Of a stretch of 64,000 nucleotides of DNA, positions 1-10,200 are shown piece by piece (position 1 is the first letter of the stretch; every line of letters starts with the position of its first letter). Position numbers and translations under genes: made by a program. Below the pieces are notes generated by a model. It had not been told where the DNA came from, did no database searches, and saw only the letters and a program-made list of their open reading frames with translations. This DNA is from Candidatus Daviesbacteria bacterium (GTDB lineage: Bacteria > Patescibacteriota > Microgenomatia > Daviesbacterales > UBA10151), in the NCBI GenBank assembly GCA_028712705.1, contig JAQTPP010000002.1, positions 43,180 through 107,179 of the forward strand, given 5' to 3'.

Positions 1-128
1 CACCGAAAGAGAAAATGGGATTTGGGTTAGTTGTACTTTTTGAAAAGGATAGATCGAATACAGAGGTGGTTGATGAACATCAAATTACAACAGGGATATT
101 ATCAGAGGTAGCCAATTTTTTGGTTTAA
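1..128 (+). CDS. 3' end of an unknown gene (partial)
   Basis: Frame 3 is open from the window start (PKEKMGFGLVVLFEKD...NFLV) to TAA at 126-128, convergent with the RAYT gene. Confidence 0.35.
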   Translation, partial: PKEKMGFGLVVLFEKDRSNTEVVDEHQITTGILSEVANFLV

Positions 129-838
129 GCATCCTCCAGTGTTTGCTTTTTTATTAGTGAAAAATCATCTTTTTCTTCCACAAATGATTTATATGAAAGC
201 TTTGGATTAGTCTTGGAAAAGTAACTGAGGATTTCTTCCGGATGAATCCACTCCGTTTTTCTTTTTCCCAGGTATTCAGGATAAGAAGATGGTTGTTGTT
301 CCCAGTTTTGTAAGGTCTGTCCTTCAGGGTGTATCCTTTCTGAAGATTGGTGAATCAATGCTTGCTTATGAATATATTTAGATAGATATACGAACTGTTC
401 TTCAGTCTCTATGGATACAGCTTTATAGGTATCCTGATATAGAGATCCAACTCTTTTGTATTTTCGATTAAAGTACATCGTGTACCGAGTACCTAGGGAT
501 TGCATAAATTTATCCATAGAAACAGAACTCCTTTGCTTGATAAAAAAATGAAAATGATTAGGCATTAAACAATAGGCAAGTAGAAGAATTTCCTCATAAA
601 AGTTATTCAACCTTAGAAGTTTTAGTATGTCGTTTTTTTCTTTATAGGAAATATTTGGATCGGATAGCTCTTTGAATAAAATTCTTTCATTTTTAGGTAA
701 TAAATAATTTTTGAGATAGGATAGAAAAACGATGTAGTCCTGTTCATCAAGGAATATCAATCTTTTTTCGACTCCGCGGTTGTAGATATGATAATAATTA
801 TTTTCAATATATTGTTTGGTTCTATTGCGTGCAGGCAT
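125..838 (-). mobile_element. REP-associated tyrosine transposase (RAYT, Y1/HUH family)
   Basis: YYHIYNRG, YCLMPNHFH (HUH), YFNRKYKRVGSLYQ and YIH motifs; AAGG-N5-CCTT palindromes upstream and inside the gene. Confidence 0.9.
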
Positions 839-870
839 ACTAGTATTGTATCCGGTTTAGTAAATTTATC

Positions 871-912
871 AAGGTGTATCCTTCTAAGGACGGACCTATA
901 AGGATACACCTT
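871..912. repeat. REP-like palindrome next to the RAYT gene
   Basis: aaggtgtatcctt ... aaggatacacctt, 13-bp inverted arms enclosing aggacggacct; related units at 312-339 and 37601-37636. Confidence 0.75.
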
Positions 913-986
913 AAAAGCTTGAAGCGGAAAGATTAATGACGTATGATTATAATTGATGGAAATATATTAAATGGAGATATATTAAA

Positions 987-2108
987 ATGATGAAAATATT
1001 GGTAACAGGGGCGCATTTTACGCCGGCAGTGGCAACTATTGAGGAACTGAAGAAGATTAATGGATTAGATGTAGTTTATGCCGGAAGAAAAACGACTCAG
1101 GAAGGAGATAAGACCCCTTCGGTAGAGTCGCAAGTTCTGCCAGCGTTGGGGGTTAAATTTATTCCAATGATAGCCGGAAGGTTGCAAAGAGTTTTTACTC
1201 TTTATACAATTCCATCTCTTTTTAAAATACCGGTTGGTTTTATTCAGGCTTTATACATAATTTTATCGGAAAAGCCGGATGTAATTTTATCCTTTGGCGG
1301 ATATGTGGCAGTGCCTGTTGTAATAGCTGGTTGGCTTTTTTCGATTCCGATTATTATTCATGAACAAACTCTGGTGTCGGGTTTGGCCAATAAAATAAGT
1401 GCATTTTGTGCAGATAAAATTGCTGTATCTTTTGAACAAGATGTATTTAAGAGTGAAAAAGTTGTTTTAACAGGTAATCCAATCAGGCGTGAAATTGTCG
1501 AAATATCCCAAGGTGTCAAGCTAATCCACACCAGGGGTGGGTTAGAAGTGCCGACTATTTTAATCATGGGGGGGAATCAAGGATCACATATTATTAACCT
1601 GGCTGTTGAAGAAGTTTTAAATAAATTGACTAAATTAGCTTATGTGATTCATGCAACCGGAGATAATAAATATGGAGATTTCGAGAGGCTAGAGAGACTG
1701 GGGAGATTTGGGGAGAGGTATTTGGCCAAGAAATGGATCGGGAAAGGATATGGAGCAATTCTAAAAAAAGCCGATTTGGTAATTTCACGAGCGGGGATAA
1801 ACACCCTGACAGAGTTAGCCTGTTTAGGAAAACCCGCATTAGTTATTCCAATTCCATATCTCTATCAAGACGAACAAAATAAAAATGCCCGATATTTTGA
1901 AAAACTTGGGTTAGTAAGAATCCTGCCGCAATCCAAATTGTCCGCAGAAGCATTATTTAAAAATATCAGGGTTATGTTAAGTGATTTGAATCAATTAATA
2001 GAAAGAGCGAAAAAAGCCAAGAAAGTTATCGTTCCCGATGCTGCTAAAAGGTTAGCACTTGAGACAATACTTTTGGCAAAAAATCTCGGGGTGTGTACAA
2101 GTGGGTAA
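987..2108 (+). CDS. murG: Lipid II GlcNAc transferase MurG (GT28)
   Basis: FGGYVAVP, IIIHEQ, TGNPIR, GGNQGS, ISRAG and QNKNA motifs; dcw context. Confidence 0.93.
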   Translation: MMKILVTGAHFTPAVATIEELKKINGLDVVYAGRKTTQEGDKTPSVESQVLPALGVKFIPMIAGRLQRVFTLYTIPSLFKIPVGFIQALYIILSEKPDVILSFGGYVAVPVVIAGWLFSIPIIIHEQTLVSGLANKISAFCADKIAVSFEQDVFKSEKVVLTGNPIRREIVEISQGVKLIHTRGGLEVPTILIMGGNQGSHIINLAVEEVLNKLTKLAYVIHATGDNKYGDFERLERLGRFGERYLAKKWIGKGYGAILKKADLVISRAGINTLTELACLGKPALVIPIPYLYQDEQNKNARYFEKLGLVRILPQSKLSAEALFKNIRVMLSDLNQLIERAKKAKKVIVPDAAKRLALETILLAKNLGVCTSG

Positions 2109-2109
2109 T

Positions 2110-2940
2110 ATGGTTAGAAAAGAAAAAAGAAGATTTTTAAGATTTTCAAAAATTATTTTTTTACCACTTTTAGGTTTATTTATTTTAATAATTTTATTGG
2201 TTGCCCGTTCCAGTTTTTTTAGTATCAAACAAATAGAAATTCTAGGGGACAAAATAGGCTGTGCGGATAGCGACCAATTGAAAAATGAATCGGGTTTGTA
2301 TGGACAAAATTTTTTCGTACTGAATAGTAAAAATTTACAAGAAAGACTAAAGACAAAATTCGTCTGCATAAAGACTGTTACGGTTAGCCGTTTGATTCCT
2401 GATAAAGTAAAACTGGAAATTGCCTCCAGGAAACCGGGTGCAATTTTACTTAATCTTAAAGATAAACAGGCTTCCCCCAGTTCTTTAATTGAAAATATTG
2501 CAACTCCCGAAGCCGCAGCGGCGCAGGATTCCTACATGGTAGACGATGAAGGTGTGGTTTTCTCCAAAAGTATAGATAATCCGGATATTCCAAAAATTTA
2601 CATTTATGATTCAGACATTGCTATTGGGAAGAAGCTGAAAAACAGTTTAATTAATAATTCTTTGAAGATTTTGGATAGAATTAAAAAATTTGGTGTAATT
2701 GCAAAAAAAAGCTGGATCGCTGAAGATTTTTTCATCATAAATCCGGACACGATGGATCCCAAAATAATTTTTCGATTAAATGATCAAATAGATATTCAAC
2801 TTGCATCTTTACAATTAATCCTGACTGACGCTAAAATAGACTTGAGAGAGCTCGCGTTTGTCGATTTAAGATTTGATAAACCGATTGTGAGATTTGCCCC
2901 TAAAAACCATGACTGGAGACGAACAAGTTCTCTTTTGTAA
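2110..2940 (+). CDS. ftsQ: FtsQ/DivIB-like protein (TM + POTRA)
   Basis: Basic N-terminus, one TM helix, POTRA-like region, C-terminal VDLRFDKPIV; lies between murG and ftsA; ATG at 2110 follows the murG stop. Confidence 0.75.
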   Translation: MVRKEKRRFLRFSKIIFLPLLGLFILIILLVARSSFFSIKQIEILGDKIGCADSDQLKNESGLYGQNFFVLNSKNLQERLKTKFVCIKTVTVSRLIPDKVKLEIASRKPGAILLNLKDKQASPSSLIENIATPEAAAAQDSYMVDDEGVVFSKSIDNPDIPKIYIYDSDIAIGKKLKNSLINNSLKILDRIKKFGVIAKKSWIAEDFFIINPDTMDPKIIFRLNDQIDIQLASLQLILTDAKIDLRELAFVDLRFDKPIVRFAPKNHDWRRTSSLL

Positions 2941-2966
2941 TAAATTATATATAGAAAGGTATAGCA

Positions 2967-4271
2967 GTGGCAAAAGATAAAATTATTTGCGGAATAGATG
3001 TCGGTTCATCAAAAATAGCAACTCTTATTGCATCAGCGGATGAATCCGGTAAATTAAATTTAATTGGAGTTTCTTCAACAGTTTCAAAAGGTGTTAAAAA
3101 AACACAGGTAGTTGATATAGATGAAGCAGTGGAAGCTATAACAGAATCTGTAGAGGCGGCCGAACGAATGGCCGGTTACTCTATTTCGCAAGCATTCATA
3201 TCTCTCGGCGGGCCTCAAATAGAAAGCGTTAACCAGCATGCAGTCGTAGCTGTTTCCGAGCCTGAAGGCGAGATTAAGGAATCAGATGTGAGAAGGGTAA
3301 ATGATGCGGCTCGGGCAATGTCGCTTCCTTCATCAAGGGAAATACTTCATGTGATCCCGCGCACTTTTACAGTTGACGGACAAGAGGGTATAAAAGATCC
3401 GACAGGAATGACCGGAGTGAGGCTTGAAACGGAAACACACATTATTACCGGCTCTGCAACTTCAATGAGAAATCTTGTCAAATGTATTTCGCAAGTAGGA
3501 ATTGATGTAACGGAGTTAGTTTTTTCAGGTATTGCCTCGGCGTTGGCTGTTTTAACCGATACGGAAAAGGAATTAGGGGTGGTCTTAGTCGATATTGGCG
3601 GAGAAACAACAGATGTTGTCGTTTTTATAGATGGATCTGTTGCTTATTCGTCAGTTGTACCGATTGGTGCGCGTCATATCACTTCAGATATGGCTGTAGG
3701 GCTTCGGGTGTCACTCGAATCGGCAGAGAAAATCAAATTGTCGTTGAATAAGATTCCAAAAATTCCCGCAATGGCTGAAGAAACAGAAGAAGAAAATAGT
3801 AAAGCTAACCTAAATCACAAGAAAAAAGATGAGGAGGTAATAGATGTTAAGTCTTTGGGGATTCAGGAGGACATACAAAAAATTTCCCGCAAATCAGTAG
3901 TTGACGGAATTATTAAACCCCGATTACAGGAGATATTTAAATTTGTTGGTAAAGAAATTAAAAAGAGCGGTTTTGGAACACAAACACCGTCTGGTTTGGT
4001 GCTCTGCGGAGGCGGTGCCCAAACGATTGGAGTTTTGGAGCAGGCAAAATATGTACTCGGTTTTCCTGCAAGGCTTGGCACTATTGAAGGCTTGTCAGGA
4101 CTTGTAGAAGAAATAGATTCTCCTGCGTTTGCATCTGCGGCCGGACTTATTTTTTATGGGGCGACACAAAATACTCAAGGTCAATTGCATATACCTGTTT
4201 TATCCGGAAGCTTACCGATTAAAGGAATGATTCAAAAAGGAATAGATTTAGTAAAATCATTTCTGCCCTAG
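2967..4271 (+). CDS. ftsA: Cell division protein FtsA
   Basis: GIDVGSSK, AAERMAG, VDIGGETT and LCGGGA motifs. Confidence 0.96.
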   Translation: MAKDKIICGIDVGSSKIATLIASADESGKLNLIGVSSTVSKGVKKTQVVDIDEAVEAITESVEAAERMAGYSISQAFISLGGPQIESVNQHAVVAVSEPEGEIKESDVRRVNDAARAMSLPSSREILHVIPRTFTVDGQEGIKDPTGMTGVRLETETHIITGSATSMRNLVKCISQVGIDVTELVFSGIASALAVLTDTEKELGVVLVDIGGETTDVVVFIDGSVAYSSVVPIGARHITSDMAVGLRVSLESAEKIKLSLNKIPKIPAMAEETEEENSKANLNHKKKDEEVIDVKSLGIQEDIQKISRKSVVDGIIKPRLQEIFKFVGKEIKKSGFGTQTPSGLVLCGGGAQTIGVLEQAKYVLGFPARLGTIEGLSGLVEEIDSPAFASAAGLIFYGATQNTQGQLHIPVLSGSLPIKGMIQKGIDLVKSFLP

Positions 4272-4335
4272 GCTCTTGCAATTTTAAATAGTAATCTGTT
4301 ATATTCTGCCCGAGAGGAAATTATATTATAGAGCT

Positions 4336-5496
4336 ATGTTAATTAAACCTGATGTTCAACGATTTGCCAAGATTAAAGTGATGGGATTGGGAGGCGGCGG
4401 TTCCAATTCTTTAAACTTAATGATCTCCATGCAGCAGATTCAAGGAGTAGAGTTTGTGGCTGTAAATACAGATGCCCAGGCTTTGCTTAATAACCAATCT
4501 CCTACTAAAGTTCAAATCGGAGAAACTTTAACCAAGGGATTGGGCTCGGGAGGAGATCCTGAAGTGGGCAGGCAAGCTGCTGAAGAATCCTCGCAAAAAC
4601 TTGAAGATGTGTTGTCTGATGCCGATATGGTATTTCTAACTGCCGGAATGGGCGGAGGAACAGGAACGGGTTCCATACCGATTGTGGCTCAGGTTGCAAA
4701 AAATCTGGGCGCTTTGACTGTTGCTGTTGTTACCAAGCCTTTTTCTTTTGAAGGCACAAGACGCATGATGGTGGCGGAAGAAGGGATAGAAAAACTTAAA
4801 GATAAAGTAGACGCCTTGATTGTTATTCCTAATCAGCGGCTTTTGGAAACGGTTGAAAAAAATATGACTTTGCAGGAGGCATTCAAATTGGCAGATTCGG
4901 TGTTGGGTCAGGGTGTCCAGGGTATTTCCGATTTGATTACAATGCCAGGTCTTATTAATGTTGATTTTGCCGATGTAAAAACTATTATGTCTAATGCCGG
5001 TTCGGCGCTCATGGGAATCGGTGTGGCAGGCGGAGACAATCGGGCCGCTGCGGCGGCCAGGATGGCAATAGCATCACCGCTTCTCGAAGTTTCAATTGAG
5101 GGAGCAAAAGGCGTGCTTTTCAATATTGTCGGCGGATCTGATTTGTCAATGACAGAGGTGAATGAAGCTGCTCAAATCATTGCCCAAGCTGCAGATCCGG
5201 ATGCCAATATAATCTTTGGTGCAACTATTAAAGAAGATCAGCTGGATCAGATAAAGATTTCGGTTATAGCAACAGGTTTTGATGAAACAAGAAGAAGACT
5301 GCGGGAGTATATAGGGACCGGTATAGGCTCCGGTTCTCTTCAACAACAAACTAATCCCTGGGTAAAATCAACTCCGGTAGCGGATGAGCCCGAAATACCG
5401 CAAGCATTATCAGAACAAGAAGAAACCGTCAATGAACAGACTAATGAAAATGATGAAGATTTAGAAATCCCAGCATTTCTAAGGTCTAATCGTTAA
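4336..5496 (+). CDS. ftsZ: Cell division protein FtsZ
   Basis: GGGTGTG tubulin signature, INVDFADV, C-terminal LEIPAFLR. Confidence 0.98.
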   Translation: MLIKPDVQRFAKIKVMGLGGGGSNSLNLMISMQQIQGVEFVAVNTDAQALLNNQSPTKVQIGETLTKGLGSGGDPEVGRQAAEESSQKLEDVLSDADMVFLTAGMGGGTGTGSIPIVAQVAKNLGALTVAVVTKPFSFEGTRRMMVAEEGIEKLKDKVDALIVIPNQRLLETVEKNMTLQEAFKLADSVLGQGVQGISDLITMPGLINVDFADVKTIMSNAGSALMGIGVAGGDNRAAAAARMAIASPLLEVSIEGAKGVLFNIVGGSDLSMTEVNEAAQIIAQAADPDANIIFGATIKEDQLDQIKISVIATGFDETRRRLREYIGTGIGSGSLQQQTNPWVKSTPVADEPEIPQALSEQEETVNEQTNENDEDLEIPAFLRSNR

Positions 5497-5506
5497 AATA
5501 GAGATT

Positions 5507-5535
5507 TTGACATAAGATTAAATTATTGTTAATAT
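5507..5535 (+). promoter_or_regulatory. Sigma70-type promoter of the cimA leader
   Basis: TTGACA (5507-5512), 17-bp spacer, TG-n-TAATAT (5530-5535). Confidence 0.75.
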
Positions 5536-5545
5536 TATTTAAGTT

Positions 5546-5617
5546 ATGAATATCCAAAATTCGATAAGCATTATTATTGCAATTATTACCTCCAGGAAGG
5601 GAGGGTTCTTCGCGTAA
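5546..5617 (+). CDS. Isoleucine-rich attenuator leader peptide (23 aa)
   Basis: MNIQNSISIIIAIITSRKGGFFA*, 7 Ile codons; upstream of a terminator and of citramalate synthase; not in the ORF track. Confidence 0.85.
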   Translation: MNIQNSISIIIAIITSRKGGFFA

Positions 5618-5641
5618 CTTAAATTAAGTTTCGCAGAAAGG

Positions 5642-5669
5642 AAACCTCCCAAAAAAGGGGGTTTTTTTT
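5642..5669 (+). terminator. Attenuator terminator (with competing antiterminator)
   Basis: aaacctccc-aaaaaa-gggggttt followed by a T run; gggagggttc in the leader ORF (~5599-5608) can instead pair with gaaacctccc. Confidence 0.85.
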
Positions 5670-5676
5670 GTGGAAA

Positions 5677-7218
5677 ATGAACAGATTTATTAAATCAAAG
5701 AAAATTGAGACATATGATACAACGCTACGAGATGGTGCCCAAGATCCGCGATCAAGGTCTTCTGTGGAGAAAAAATTAAAGATAGCAAGTCTCCTTCAGG
5801 ATTTTGGGTTTGATTATATTGAAGGTGGTTGGCCCGGAGCAAATGAGGTTGATACAGAGTTTTTCCGACGAGCCGGAAAGATTTTTAAGAAAAATAAATT
5901 AGTGGCTTTTGGTATGACTATAAAAAATACTCAAGTAGAAAAAGATGTAGGTTTAAAAAAGTTACTGGAAAGTGGGACAAGTATAATTACTCTGGTTGGA
6001 AAAACTTGGAAACAAAATGTTGAAAGGACGATTCGTATACCGGGGCAACAAAATTTGGATAATATTTACGAGAGTATTAGATTTTTAGTAGCACAAGGAA
6101 GAGAAGTACTTTTCGATGCGGAACATTGGTTTGACAGTTACAGACAGAATAAAAATTATGCATTTAAGACTCTTGAGGCGGCTCTTGCCGGAAGAGCAAG
6201 CAGATTAATTCTTTGTGATACCAGAGGCGCTGGTACTGATAGGTTTATATTTGAGGCAACCGCCGCTGCTATTGCCAGATTTCCTGAGGCTCGATTTGGT
6301 ATTCATGTGCATAACGATGGAGGATTGGCTGTAATAAATACCATCCGGGCAGTTGAAGCAGGAGCAATTCATGTTCAGGGCACTATGAATGGGATTGGAG
6401 AAAGAGTCGGTAATTTGGATTGGTATTCTTTTTTGTCAACTGCGCAGTTTAAATATGCAATTGAAATGGGGTTAGACTTGACTAAATTAACTGGATTTGC
6501 CCATACTGTTGCACTCATCAGCGGAATTCCTGTTCCTATTAATGCTCCATATGTAGGTTTATATGCTTTTGCCCATAAAGGTGGCCTTCATGCTTCCGGT
6601 CAAAGAAGAGACCGGGAGGCTTATGAACATATTAAGCCGGAGTGCGTCGGTAATAAACGGGTATATGTTTTTTCGGAACAAGGCGGTAGCGCTCATTTGG
6701 AGTTTATGTTAAAAGATCATGGTTATACTTTAAATAGAAAAAACCCAAAATTTAGGGCATTATTAGGAAAAATGAAGCAATATCAATGTTTTGGTAGAGC
6801 TCAAGAAACTTTATTCCTTTATGAAAATATGGAAGGAGGATTAATGCCGTTTACCATTTTAGATGGGAGTGGTGTAGAAGATTTTAGCCCGCTGCCACCA
6901 AAAGCTTATGTTAATGTGCAGGTTAATGGTGACAAATATCATAAAGAAGCAATTGGGGATGGGCCAATAAATGCATTTGATATTGCACTTAAAAAAGCCC
7001 TATCAGCTAAATATCCGGAAGTAAATGAAATAAGGCTTTTGGGATATGGAGTTAGTTTACCAAATGGTGATCCCAGTACGGCAGCTGAAGTTGAAGTTTG
7101 TATTAAGGTAGAATTTGATGGTGAAGAAATAACTTCTGTAGTTCGTGACACTAACCAGCAAAGAGCAGGCGAAAAGGCCTTAGCAGATGCCTATAATTGC
7201 TGTATTATAGAGAATTAA
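5677..7218 (+). CDS. cimA: Citramalate synthase (LeuA/CimA family)
   Basis: DTTLRDGAQ, IEGGWPG, FDAEH, HVHND, GIGERVGN, AFAHKGGLHAS, C-terminal regulatory domain GDGPINAFD; the Ile leader supports CimA over LeuA. Confidence 0.85.
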   Translation: MNRFIKSKKIETYDTTLRDGAQDPRSRSSVEKKLKIASLLQDFGFDYIEGGWPGANEVDTEFFRRAGKIFKKNKLVAFGMTIKNTQVEKDVGLKKLLESGTSIITLVGKTWKQNVERTIRIPGQQNLDNIYESIRFLVAQGREVLFDAEHWFDSYRQNKNYAFKTLEAALAGRASRLILCDTRGAGTDRFIFEATAAAIARFPEARFGIHVHNDGGLAVINTIRAVEAGAIHVQGTMNGIGERVGNLDWYSFLSTAQFKYAIEMGLDLTKLTGFAHTVALISGIPVPINAPYVGLYAFAHKGGLHASGQRRDREAYEHIKPECVGNKRVYVFSEQGGSAHLEFMLKDHGYTLNRKNPKFRALLGKMKQYQCFGRAQETLFLYENMEGGLMPFTILDGSGVEDFSPLPPKAYVNVQVNGDKYHKEAIGDGPINAFDIALKKALSAKYPEVNEIRLLGYGVSLPNGDPSTAAEVEVCIKVEFDGEEITSVVRDTNQQRAGEKALADAYNCCIIEN

Positions 7219-7374
7219 AAGAAGTCTCTATGTTGTTATTGTAACTAAATATTCCATTTTTTGGCTATTGCCAATTATTGGAATATTTCTTTAATGACTT
7301 TAATGATTTAATTAATAGTTGCTAACTTAGTATTGCTTAGCTACAATTATAAAAGGTTTTATAGGAAGGTAAGA

Positions 7375-10200
7375 ATGTTTAAATCTGTTTCATCACAAGT
7401 TAATTTTCCGGCTTTGGAGGAAGAATTGCTTAAGTTTTGGAAGGAAAATCAAACTTTTGAAAAATCTATCGACACCAGACCCGAGGATAAAAAATGGACC
7501 TTTCTAGATGGACCTCCTTTTGTGACAGGTACACCACATTACGGCTCCCTTTTATCAAGTATTCCAAAAGATGTGTTCGGTAGATATTGGACAATGAAAG
7601 GTTACAGAGTTCGAAGAGTTTGGGGGTGGGACGGACATGGTCTGCCGGTAGAAAATAAGGTAGAGATAGAGCTTAAAATTAAAAGAAAAAAAGACATTGA
7701 GGAAAAAGTTGGAGTAAAGAGATTTATTGAGGAGTGCTTAAAGTACGTTAATCAGGTTTCCTCCGAGTGGGAATGGTACATTACTCATATCGGCAGATGG
7801 GTTGATTTTCAGCATGCTTACAAAACCTGGGATCTTTCTTACATGGAATCAGTGATGTGGGTTTTTAAGCAAATGTATGATAAAAATTTAATTTACAAAG
7901 GCTTGAGAGTTTCGCTGTATTGTCCGCATTGTGCCACGCCGATTTCTAATTTTGAAGTTGCCATGGATGCAGATAATTATAAAGATATAAGCGAGGCGAC
8001 AGCTGTTTATAAATACCAGCTTAAAGATGAACCTGACACTTTTCTTTTGGCTTGGTCCACCACCCCTTGGACTAAATTGGTTACTTTAAGTTTGGCAGTT
8101 AATCCAACGTTAACTTATGTAAAAGTAAATCAGGGGAAGGAAAATTATATTTTGGCAAAAGGTACGATAAAAATGCTCAAAGGTGACTTTAAAAAGTTAA
8201 CAGAATTTAAGGGTAAGGATTTAATAAACAAAGAATTTATACCACATTATTCATTTTATAAAATAGATCCCGGACAAAAAGCTTTTGTGGTAGTTGGTGA
8301 TAAGTTTGTGACAGCTGAGGAAGGAACTGGCATTGTGACTTTGGCAGTTTACGGTGAAGAAGATTTGGCTCTCTTACAAAGAGAAAACATTCCTTTAGCG
8401 ATGCATTTGGATGAGGAAGGAATAATAGAAGATTTTGTGCCTCAATTTGCAGGATTAAATTATTTGGAAGCAGATGAAAAAATAATTGATGATTTAAATA
8501 AAAGAGGATTGATATATCGAGTAGACAGTTATATCCATTCTGTACCTCATTGTTGGCGGTGCGGCACTAGACTTTTTTATGCGCCAAAAGATGCTTGGTA
8601 TGTAGATATACAAAAACTTAAACCGCAACTGTTTAAAAATAATGAACCAATTAATTGGTTCCCTAAACATTTTAAGTTTGGTAGGTTTGCCAAAAGTATG
8701 GAAGCTGCTCCTGATTGGAATATTTCCAGAAACAGGTATTGGGGTTCACCTGTACCGGTTTGGGAATGTGAATGCGGAAAAAGGATAGTTCCCGGCTCAA
8801 TTGCGGAGTTAAAAAAGCTTTCTGGTAAAAAAATTACTAATCTTCACAAACCTGATATTGATGAGGTAAAAATAAAATGTTTTAAGTGCCCTAAATTTGC
8901 AAAAAGGGTTCCTGAGGTTTTGGATTCCTGGATTGAAGCAGGTTCTGCTTCTTTTGCCGAAAGACATTTTCCTTTTGAAAAAGATATTAAGCTAGAAGAT
9001 TTTTTCCCGCCGGATTTTATAGCAGAATATACAGGTCAAATTAGAGCCTGGTTTTATGTTCTTCATGTGATTGGAACAGCGCTCTATGATTCTCCGTCTT
9101 TTAAAAATGTTTTGGTAGAAGGGGTGATGCTTGGAACTGATGGTAGAAAGATGAGCAAAAACTACAATAATTACCCGGATCCTAAAGAGTTGATGCAAAA
9201 ATATGGAGGGGATGCGTTAAGACTTTATCTTTTAGGCTCCCCTATTATGAAAGGAGAGGATGTTAATTTTTCAAATGATGGAGTACCAGAGATTACAAGG
9301 GGTTTTATATTGATTTTATGGAACTGCTATAAATATTTTGTCGACTATGCAACCACTTTTGAGTGGGAAAAAAGTAATTTGGAAAATTTAAATATCTTGG
9401 ACAAATGGATTTTATCAAAGCTTGCAAAACTTATCATAGAGGTAACAAAAAGTTATGAAAAATACGATACTTTTTCGGCTGTTAAATGCTTGCGGGAGTT
9501 TATTGTTAATGATTTATCAACTTGGTATATCAGAAGGTCAAGAGATAGGATTAGCGGGGAGAGCGATGCTGCAAGAAATACATCTTTAAGCGTATTGCGC
9601 AAAGTTTTAGTAACTTACTGCAAAATTCTGGCACCTATTGCTCCTTTTGTATCTGAGGAAATTTTTAAGAACTTGACTGGAGACGAATCTGTTCACTTGC
9701 AGGAGTTTCCCAGTGAAGATAAATCAATGTTGGATGAAAAATTAATGGAAGATATGATTGTGGTAAGAAAAATTGCAGAAGCTAGTCATGCCAAAAGAAA
9801 GGAGGCGGGGATTAAACTTAGACAACCTCTCGTCTCTGTTTTATACAAATTGCCAGAGAGATTAAATGAAGAATTGGAAAAAATTCTTGTGGAAGAACTT
9901 AATGTTAAACATATTGAGTATGAAAAGTCCTCATCTGTGGAACCGCAGGTAATTTTGAATACTAATATTACTCAAGAGTTGGCAGAGGAGGGTAAAGCGC
10001 GTGAGTTGATTCGTCAAGTTCAGCAGAACAGAAAAGAACAAAATATGACATTAGCTGATAAAACCAAAATTATTGCTCCAGAATGGCCACATGCTTTTGA
10101 AAAAGAGATATTAAAAAGCACTGTTTCTGTTTCTTTAGAAAATGGTCCGGAACTCAAGGTTTTAAAGGTGCAAGGAAATGAAAATTCTAAAACTTATTAA
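7375..10200 (+). CDS. ileS: Isoleucine-tRNA ligase, type 2
   Basis: DGPPF, GWDGHGLPVE, WSTTPWT, DWNISRNRYWG, KMSK; signature variants HYGS and KMSKN. Confidence 0.95.
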   Translation: MFKSVSSQVNFPALEEELLKFWKENQTFEKSIDTRPEDKKWTFLDGPPFVTGTPHYGSLLSSIPKDVFGRYWTMKGYRVRRVWGWDGHGLPVENKVEIELKIKRKKDIEEKVGVKRFIEECLKYVNQVSSEWEWYITHIGRWVDFQHAYKTWDLSYMESVMWVFKQMYDKNLIYKGLRVSLYCPHCATPISNFEVAMDADNYKDISEATAVYKYQLKDEPDTFLLAWSTTPWTKLVTLSLAVNPTLTYVKVNQGKENYILAKGTIKMLKGDFKKLTEFKGKDLINKEFIPHYSFYKIDPGQKAFVVVGDKFVTAEEGTGIVTLAVYGEEDLALLQRENIPLAMHLDEEGIIEDFVPQFAGLNYLEADEKIIDDLNKRGLIYRVDSYIHSVPHCWRCGTRLFYAPKDAWYVDIQKLKPQLFKNNEPINWFPKHFKFGRFAKSMEAAPDWNISRNRYWGSPVPVWECECGKRIVPGSIAELKKLSGKKITNLHKPDIDEVKIKCFKCPKFAKRVPEVLDSWIEAGSASFAERHFPFEKDIKLEDFFPPDFIAEYTGQIRAWFYVLHVIGTALYDSPSFKNVLVEGVMLGTDGRKMSKNYNNYPDPKELMQKYGGDALRLYLLGSPIMKGEDVNFSNDGVPEITRGFILILWNCYKYFVDYATTFEWEKSNLENLNILDKWILSKLAKLIIEVTKSYEKYDTFSAVKCLREFIVNDLSTWYIRRSRDRISGESDAARNTSLSVLRKVLVTYCKILAPIAPFVSEEIFKNLTGDESVHLQEFPSEDKSMLDEKLMEDMIVVRKIAEASHAKRKEAGIKLRQPLVSVLYKLPERLNEELEKILVEELNVKHIEYEKSSSVEPQVILNTNITQELAEEGKARELIRQVQQNRKEQNMTLADKTKIIAPEWPHAFEKEILKSTVSVSLENGPELKVLKVQGNENSKTY

